Shown here: one piece after another, positions 55,299-60,602 of the stretch | How the letters are laid out: each line of letters begins with the position of its first letter | Position numbering within the stretch: position 1 is the stretch's first letter | NCBI GenBank assembly: GCA_044868325.1 | Contig: JBIOWI010000354.1 | Span: 1-60,602, forward strand | DNA: 60,602 bases | Source of the DNA: Hyphomicrobiaceae bacterium | GTDB lineage: Bacteria > Pseudomonadota > Alphaproteobacteria > Rhizobiales > Hyphomicrobiaceae | Direction: 5' to 3' | The notes under the pieces: generated by a model | The model's database searches: none | Told to the model about the DNA's origin: nothing | The model's input: the letters and a program-made list of their open reading frames with translations, nothing else | Translations under genes and position numbers: made by a program

Positions 55299-56264
55299 AT
55301 GGCCGGCATACACAGCATCGGCTGGATCGGGCTGGGGCGCATGGGCGAGCCCATGGCGGCGTTCCTGGTGAAGGCCGGCAACACGGTGAAGGTCTGGAAC
55401 CGCACCAAAGCCAAGGCCGAGCCGCTGGCCAGGCTGGGCGCCGAGATCGTCGATGCGCCGGCGGCGCTGGCCGGGTGCGATATCGTGTTCCTGATGGTCT
55501 CCACCGGCAAGGACGTGGACCAGGTCTGTTTCGCCAAGGACGGCGTCGCCGCCGGCGGCAAGGGCAAGGTGCCCAAGATCTTCGTCGATTGCTCCTCGAT
55601 CTCGGCCGAGGAATCGGCCGCGGCCCGCGCGCGCCTCAAGGAGCTGGGTGCCGATCTCATCGCCGCGCCGGTGAGCGGCAATGCCAAGGTGGTGAAGGCC
55701 GGCAAGCTCTCGGCCGTGGCCTCCGGCCCCAAGGCCGCCTTCGACACTGTCGCCCCCTACATCCGGGCGTTCGCACCGCGCGGCGTGTCCTACGTCGGCG
55801 AGGGCGAGCTGTCGCGCTTCTGCAAGATCGCCCACAACGTCATGCTGGGCGTCGTCATCCAGAACCTCTGCGAGATCGCCATCCTGGCGCAGAAGGCGGG
55901 CGTGCCGCGCCACGCCTTCCTGGAGTTCATGAACAACGGCGTGATGGGCTCCATGTTCACGCGCTACAAATCGAACGCGCTGGTCAACCTGGACTGGACC
56001 ACCACCTTCACGCCGGAGCTGCTGCGCAAGGACCTCGACCTGGGGCTCGAAGCCGGCCGCCGCCTCAACGTGCCCATGCCGGTGACGGCCGCCACGCGCG
56101 AGGCGCTGCAGGCCCACTTCGGCGCCGCCGTACTGCAGCCCGACCCCAAGGCCTACCTGGAGAAGGACTTCGCCGCCACGTTGGAGACGGTGGCGCTCGG
56201 CGCCGGCCTCAAGCTGGAGCCCGAGAACGTGCCGGTGCCGACGGGGCTGGAGACGAAGGAATAG
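55299..56264 (+). CDS. NAD(P)-dependent oxidoreductase of the 3-hydroxyisobutyrate/6-phosphogluconate dehydrogenase family
   Basis: IGWIGLGRMGEPMA dinucleotide motif and the conserved APVSG and KI.HN regions. AAGGAG RBS is present. Confidence 0.9.
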   Translation: MAGIHSIGWIGLGRMGEPMAAFLVKAGNTVKVWNRTKAKAEPLARLGAEIVDAPAALAGCDIVFLMVSTGKDVDQVCFAKDGVAAGGKGKVPKIFVDCSSISAEESAAARARLKELGADLIAAPVSGNAKVVKAGKLSAVASGPKAAFDTVAPYIRAFAPRGVSYVGEGELSRFCKIAHNVMLGVVIQNLCEIAILAQKAGVPRHAFLEFMNNGVMGSMFTRYKSNALVNLDWTTTFTPELLRKDLDLGLEAGRRLNVPMPVTAATREALQAHFGAAVLQPDPKAYLEKDFAATLETVALGAGLKLEPENVPVPTGLETKE

Positions 56265-56339
56265 GTTTCAGGGATTAGGGATTAGGTTTCAGGGACCGGG
56301 GATCACGGCCGCATCTGGGCCCCTAAAACCTGAAACCTA
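56262..56339. repeat. Family B flavour 1 copy (AGGTTTCAGGG units)
   Basis: TAGGTTTCAGGGATTAGGGATTAGGTTTCAGGGA ... AAACCTGAAACCTA. The first TAG is the stop codon of the upstream gene. Confidence 0.85.
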
Positions 56340-56353
56340 CTCGGCGGCGCAGC

Positions 56354-56950
56354 TCAGAGGTCCAGGTCCCGCAGCCTGACAGCGAGCTGAGGAACCGCCT
56401 CAGGCACCAGGCGATCATCTGCCTCAAGGCTCTGCACCCAAGCATACCCCGAGTCCGTAGGCTGGCGGTGAATCGTGGTGCTGAGCGTCAGGGCGTTGAT
56501 GACCCAATATTCGCGCAGGCCGTGGCCGGCATAGATCGGCGCCTTGGTCTTCAAGTCGTAGCTCACGCTGCTCTCGGCAATCTCGATGACAAGGAGCGCC
56601 GTCGGGCCACGCACGTCGGGCACTTCGATCGCCGCCGGATGGACAAGAATGTCCGGCAGCACGTAGCTGTCGTCGGTCAGGTTCAACTGGGCTTCCGCAA
56701 CCACCATCAGGTCGTCGCTCGCCCGCCGCGTAATGTGATACGCGAGCTTGCTTCGCAGAACCTCGTGCCGGCGACCCTTCGGACACATCGGCACGACCTC
56801 CCCCCCGATCAGCTCGAAGCGCTCGTCCTCGCTGATGATACCCTTGGCCACCATGGCCTCGAGCTCGGCCACGCTCCAGCGTCGCCGCGGCAGGCCCTCA
56901 GCGGCCTGGGTGGTACCGGGAAGACGCTCCGGACGGACGTGCTCGTTCAT
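56354..56950 (-). CDS. Uma2-family (DUF820) endonuclease
   Basis: RFELIGGEVVPMCPKGRRH...PDILV...LVIEIAESS is the typical Uma2 PD-(D/E)xK pattern. Confidence 0.85.
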   Translation of the reverse strand: MNEHVRPERLPGTTQAAEGLPRRRWSVAELEAMVAKGIISEDERFELIGGEVVPMCPKGRRHEVLRSKLAYHITRRASDDLMVVAEAQLNLTDDSYVLPDILVHPAAIEVPDVRGPTALLVIEIAESSVSYDLKTKAPIYAGHGLREYWVINALTLSTTIHRQPTDSGYAWVQSLEADDRLVPEAVPQLAVRLRDLDL

Positions 56951-57086
56951 GCCACAACCTTAGCATTGGATATGACAAAATGTAAGGGCCATTCGAGCGA
57001 CCACAGCCCGCACTGCCGCAAGCCGTATCCGCCCATGAAGCGCTTGATCGGCACAATGTAGCTTCGCGGCGTTTGCACCCTACGGC

Positions 57087-57983
57087 CTACTCCGCCGCCT
57101 GCGACGGAGGACGCCCGGCCGCAGCGGCTTCCTGCTCCTGCACCTTGAGGGCCTCCAGTGTCGGCATGGCGACCGCGTTGTAGCCGCAGTCCACGTAGTG
57201 GACCTCGCCGGTGACGGCGCCGGACAGGTCGGAGAGCAGATAGAGCGCCGCGCCGCCCACCTCGTCGAGGGTGGGGGTGCGCTTCAGAAGGGCGTGCTCG
57301 CCCTGGAAGTTGAAGATGGCGCGGGCATCCGAGATGCCGGCTCCGGCCAGGGTCCGCATCGGCCCCGCCGACAGCGCGTTGACCCGGATGCCCTGGCCGC
57401 CGAAGTCGGCCGCCAGATAGCGCACGCTGGCCTCCAGGGCGGCCTTGGCGACGCCCATGACGTTGTAGGACGGCACCACGCGCTGCGATCCGCCGTAGGT
57501 GAGGGTGAGCATGGCGCCGCCGCCGTTCATAAGGGCCGCGGCACGCTTGGCCACCTCGGTGAAGGAGAAGCACGAGATCACCATGGTGTTGGTGAAGTTC
57601 TCGCGCGAGGTCTCGGAATAGCGCCCCTGCAGCTCGCGCCGGTCGGAGAAGGCGAGCGCGTGCACGACGAAATCGAGGCCGCCCCAGGTCTTCCCGATCT
57701 CGGCAAAGACGTTGTCGACGCTCGGCAGGTCGCTCACATCGCAGCTGACGATGATCTCCGAGCCCACCGATTTGGCGAGCGGGATGGCGCGCCGCCCGAA
57801 CGCCTCGCCCTGGTAGGTGAACGCCAGCTTGGCACCCTGCCCCGCCAGCACGCGGGCGATGCCCCAGGCGATCGAGCGGTCGTTCGCCACACCCATAATG
57901 AGGCCGCGCTTGCCGGCCATCAGCGGGCCAGGTTTGGCAATGTCCCTGGCAATGTCATTGTCCCTCGAGGCCGGTTTCATCAT
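57087..57983 (-). CDS. fabI: Enoyl-[acyl-carrier-protein] reductase (NADH)
   Basis: LMAGKRGLIMGVANDRSIAWGIA, YNVMGVAKAALE (Tyr/Lys catalytic region). The start is uncertain: 57983 has a GGAG upstream, and 58016 and 57920 are alternatives. Confidence 0.9.
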   Translation of the reverse strand: MMKPASRDNDIARDIAKPGPLMAGKRGLIMGVANDRSIAWGIARVLAGQGAKLAFTYQGEAFGRRAIPLAKSVGSEIIVSCDVSDLPSVDNVFAEIGKTWGGLDFVVHALAFSDRRELQGRYSETSRENFTNTMVISCFSFTEVAKRAAALMNGGGAMLTLTYGGSQRVVPSYNVMGVAKAALEASVRYLAADFGGQGIRVNALSAGPMRTLAGAGISDARAIFNFQGEHALLKRTPTLDEVGGAALYLLSDLSGAVTGEVHYVDCGYNAVAMPTLEALKVQEQEAAAAGRPPSQAAE

Positions 57984-58093
57984 GGCCGTTATCCACTCCG
58001 AGCTGCGGGCGTCCACGCCCGATCCGACTGCGGCCTACCCCGTTCAGCTATCGCCATCAATAGCTTGGACGCAGCTCTCTCACTCCAGCGTCC

Positions 58094-59323
58094 TTAAGCG
58101 TCATGGCGACGGAAGACAAGGGTTGCATTGGTGCCCCCGAAACCGAAACTGTTGGACATCGCGCACTCCAGCGTCACATTGTCCTGGCGCTGTGTGGCAA
58201 TGGGCACGCCCTCGAACTCGGGGTCCAGGGTGTCGATGTTGGCGCTGGCGCAAACGAAACCGTTGTTCATCATGAGCAGCGAGAAGATGGCCTCCTGCAC
58301 CCCGGCAGCGCCCAGGGAGTGCCCGGTCAGGGACTTGGTGGAGGAGATCGGCGGGATGTCCTTGCCGAAAACCTCGCGGATGGCATCCACCTCCACCTTG
58401 TCGCCCACCGGGGTCGCCGTTCCGTGCGTGTTGATGTAGCCGACCCGGCCCACGCCCTTGCCGTCGTGACCGTTGAGGGCCATGCGCATGCAGCGCACCG
58501 CGCCCTCGCCCGAGGGCGCCACCATGTCGAAGCCGTCGGAGGTGGCGCCGTAGCCGACCAGCTCGCCGTAGATCCTGGCGCCGCGTGCCTTGGCGCGCTC
58601 CAGCTCCTCGAGCGCCACCACCCCGGCGCCGCCCGCGATCACAAAGCCGTCGCGGTCCTTGTCGTAGGCGCGGCTCGCCCTGGCCGGAGTGTCGTTGAAC
58701 CTGGTGGACATGGCGCCCATGGAATCGAACAGGACCGAGAGGGTCCAGTCCAGCTCCTCGCAGCCGCCGGCGAGCATCACGTCCTGCTTGCCCCACTGGA
58801 TCAGCTCCGCGGCATTGCCGATGCAATGGGCTGAGGTGGCGCAGGCCGAGGAGATCGAATAGTTGACGCCCTTGATCTGGAAGGCCGTGGCCAGCGCCGC
58901 CGACGGGCCGGAGCACATGCCCTTGGGCACCTCGAAAGGCCCAACCTTCCTGGGGTCCCTCTCCCGCGTCACATCCGCGGCGCGCACGATCGCCCGGGTG
59001 GAGGGGCCGCCGGCGCCCATGACGATGCCGGTGCGCTCGTTGACCACGTCGCCAGGCTCCAGACCGGCGTCGCGGATCGCCTGCTCCATGGCGATATAGT
59101 TCCACCCCACGCCCGCCTCCATGAAGCGGCGCGGCTTGCGGGGAACCATGGGCTCCCACTCGATGTGGACAGCCCCGTGCACCTGGCAGCGAAATCCGAG
59201 CTTGGCGTATTCCTCCGCCCGCACGATGCCGGACTTGCCGTCCCTCAGGGAGGCCAGGACCTCCTGGGTGTTGTTGCCGATCGAGGACACAACGCCCATG
59301 CCGGTCACGGCGACACGTCTCAT
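58094..59323 (-). CDS. fabB: 3-oxoacyl-ACP synthase I
   Basis: MRRVAVTGMGVVSSIGNN..., active-site ISSACATS, HGTATPVGD and NSFGFGGTNA. Confidence 0.9.
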   Translation of the reverse strand: MRRVAVTGMGVVSSIGNNTQEVLASLRDGKSGIVRAEEYAKLGFRCQVHGAVHIEWEPMVPRKPRRFMEAGVGWNYIAMEQAIRDAGLEPGDVVNERTGIVMGAGGPSTRAIVRAADVTRERDPRKVGPFEVPKGMCSGPSAALATAFQIKGVNYSISSACATSAHCIGNAAELIQWGKQDVMLAGGCEELDWTLSVLFDSMGAMSTRFNDTPARASRAYDKDRDGFVIAGGAGVVALEELERAKARGARIYGELVGYGATSDGFDMVAPSGEGAVRCMRMALNGHDGKGVGRVGYINTHGTATPVGDKVEVDAIREVFGKDIPPISSTKSLTGHSLGAAGVQEAIFSLLMMNNGFVCASANIDTLDPEFEGVPIATQRQDNVTLECAMSNSFGFGGTNATLVFRRHDA

Positions 59324-59415
59324 GCAGGACCTCGCTTCGCACTGTCGTGCTGCTCGTCTCGCTCCACCGGGCGCCGGCCCACAACCCGCCCCGGCCAGCA
59401 CTTCTCAGGCCGCGC

Positions 59416-59955
59416 TCACGTCGCGGGGGCGGCTTGCTCGCCCGGCATGATCAGGCCGACCCTAAGGTCGGTGGCGGCGTAGACCACCTGGCCGTCGGCC
59501 CTCACGACGCCGTCGGCGATCGCCAGCTTGAGCTTGCGCAAAATCACGCGCTTCAGGTCGATGACGTACTCAACCACCTTGGTGGTGGGCGTGACCATGC
59601 CGATGAGTTTGACCTCGCCCACGCCGATCGCACGCCCCTGACCGTGGGCGCCGAGCCAGCCCAGGAAGAAACCGGTGAGCTGCCACAGCGCGTCAAGAGG
59701 CAGGCAGCCCGGCATCACCGCGTCGCCCTTGAAATGGCACGCGAAAATCCAATCCAGCGCCGGATTCCCGGCCACCTTGAGCTCGGCCACGACCTGACCC
59801 TTGCCGTGCGCGCCCCCCGTGTCGGAGATGGCAGAGATGCGCTCGAACATGAGCATCGGGGGCAGCGGCAGCTGGGCATTGCCGGGGCCGAACAGGTCGC
59901 CCCGGCCGCACGTCAGCAGGTCCTCGTATTCGTAACTCGTTGGGCGTTCCGGCAT
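59416..59955 (-). CDS. fabA: 3-hydroxydecanoyl-ACP dehydratase / trans-2-decenoyl-ACP isomerase
   Basis: [12 protein letters not shown]...[23 protein letters not shown] is the FabA active-site region. Confidence 0.95.
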   Translation of the reverse strand: MPERPTSYEYEDLLTCGRGDLFGPGNAQLPLPPMLMFERISAISDTGGAHGKGQVVAELKVAGNPALDWIFACHFKGDAVMPGCLPLDALWQLTGFFLGWLGAHGQGRAIGVGEVKLIGMVTPTTKVVEYVIDLKRVILRKLKLAIADGVVRADGQVVYAATDLRVGLIMPGEQAAPAT

Positions 59956-60094
59956 TTTAACGTTTCCCGCTCATTTCCGGTGCCCCAATGCCCATCACCC
60001 ATCCGCCGCATTGCGGATTTTCTACCACACCCATCGGGCCCTCAAAAGCCCATGTTCCGGCTCGCCGGCCAGAACGCTGGCGGCGGGCTTGGCA

Positions 60095-60123
60095 TTGCAG
60101 GCATCCGCAAGCCAGCCTATACT
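60095..60123 (+). promoter_or_regulatory. candidate sigma-70-type promoter for irr
   Basis: TTGCAG (60095-60100), a 17-nt spacer, then TATACT (60118-60123), about 100 nt upstream of the proposed irr start. Confidence 0.35.
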
Positions 60124-60220
60124 AAATCCAGAGGCAGTTTGAAGGCTGTGAGACGAATTGCCGTGGAGCGCAGGCGGCAGCGTTCGGCGTGGGCAGCTTC
60201 GGGAACTTGGAAGTACCGAC

Positions 60221-60602
60221 TTGCATCAGTCAACCGAGAGAGACATCGGCGGAGTCCTTCGACGTGCGGGCCTCCGGCCGACCCGGCAGCGCGTGGCGCT
60301 GGCAAAGCTCCTGTTCGCCAATGGCGATAGGCATGTGACAGCCGAGATCCTGCACGGCGAGGCCGTACGCTCAGGCCAGCGGGTCTCGCTGGCGACCGTT
60401 TACAACACGCTGCACCAGTTCAAGCAGGCGGGCCTGCTGCGCGAGGTCGCGATCTGCGGGCAGTGCACCTACTTCGACACCAACACCTCGAATCACAACC
60501 ACTACTTCATCGAGGCCGACGGGTCGCTGATCGACATCCCCGGCAACTCGATACGCGTCGACGGCCTGCCGGAGCCGCCTGACCACCTGAGGATAGCGCA
60601 CA
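60221..60602 (+). CDS. irr: Iron response regulator Irr (Fur family), 3'-truncated by the window end
   Basis: My own translation of the open frame gives ...GVLRRAGLRPTRQRVALAKLLFANGDRHVTAEILHGEAVRSGQRVSLATVYNTLHQFKQAGLLREV...YFDTNTSNHNHYFIE. There is no in-frame ATG, so I propose a TTG start at 60221 (GGAAG 8 nt upstream). TTG 60158 is an alternative. Confidence 0.8.
   Translation, partial: MHQSTERDIGGVLRRAGLRPTRQRVALAKLLFANGDRHVTAEILHGEAVRSGQRVSLATVYNTLHQFKQAGLLREVAICGQCTYFDTNTSNHNHYFIEADGSLIDIPGNSIRVDGLPEPPDHLRIAH

Noticed and set aside
60371-60601. 76-aa minus-strand ORF at the window end.
   Set aside because: It is antisense to the clearly recognisable Irr (Fur-family) reading frame.

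Overview
This is a GC-rich chromosomal segment, about two-thirds G+C by eye. It has alphaproteobacterial (Hyphomicrobiales/Rhizobiales-type) hallmarks: an irr-fabA-fabB-fabI cluster, a Bug/TctC binding protein, DUF465 genes, smc-dsbA-dsbA-mutY synteny and a TTAA-N7-TTAAC box. I call about 60 protein genes. Most are housekeeping or ordinary accessory metabolism: the mdtABC-like RND efflux operon, purEK, smc, mutY, moeB, yggS, an amidase, and various hydrolases and oxidoreductases. I found no rRNA, tRNA, CRISPR array, transposase or integrase. The less ordinary content falls into six groups. (1) Uncharacterised modules: a ~600-aa secreted/membrane helical protein translationally coupled to a YbjQ-family gene, and a cluster of a papain/C39-like protein, a Tyr-rich secreted mini-protein, a GNAT and an orphan double-ATPase ABC protein. 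This group also includes a VWA protein cut off from its signal peptide by a 1-nt frame change, a four-winged-helix protein, and a membrane J-domain protein. (2) Two secreted Gly/Tyr-rich proteins, one built on a 27-bp tandem repeat. (3) An 800-bp gene-free region with a CtrA-type box, anti-Shine-Dalgarno-like motifs and a strong intrinsic terminator, which may be an sRNA locus. (4) A dense population of intergenic palindromic repeat families, some of which supply the last codons and stop of neighbouring genes. (5) An AT-richer islet at about 37.3-39.0 kb. (6) Small TA-like modules (DUF433/DUF5615, DUF2442). All product calls come from reading the translated ORFs. No database search was run, so family names are recognition-based and start codons are approximate.
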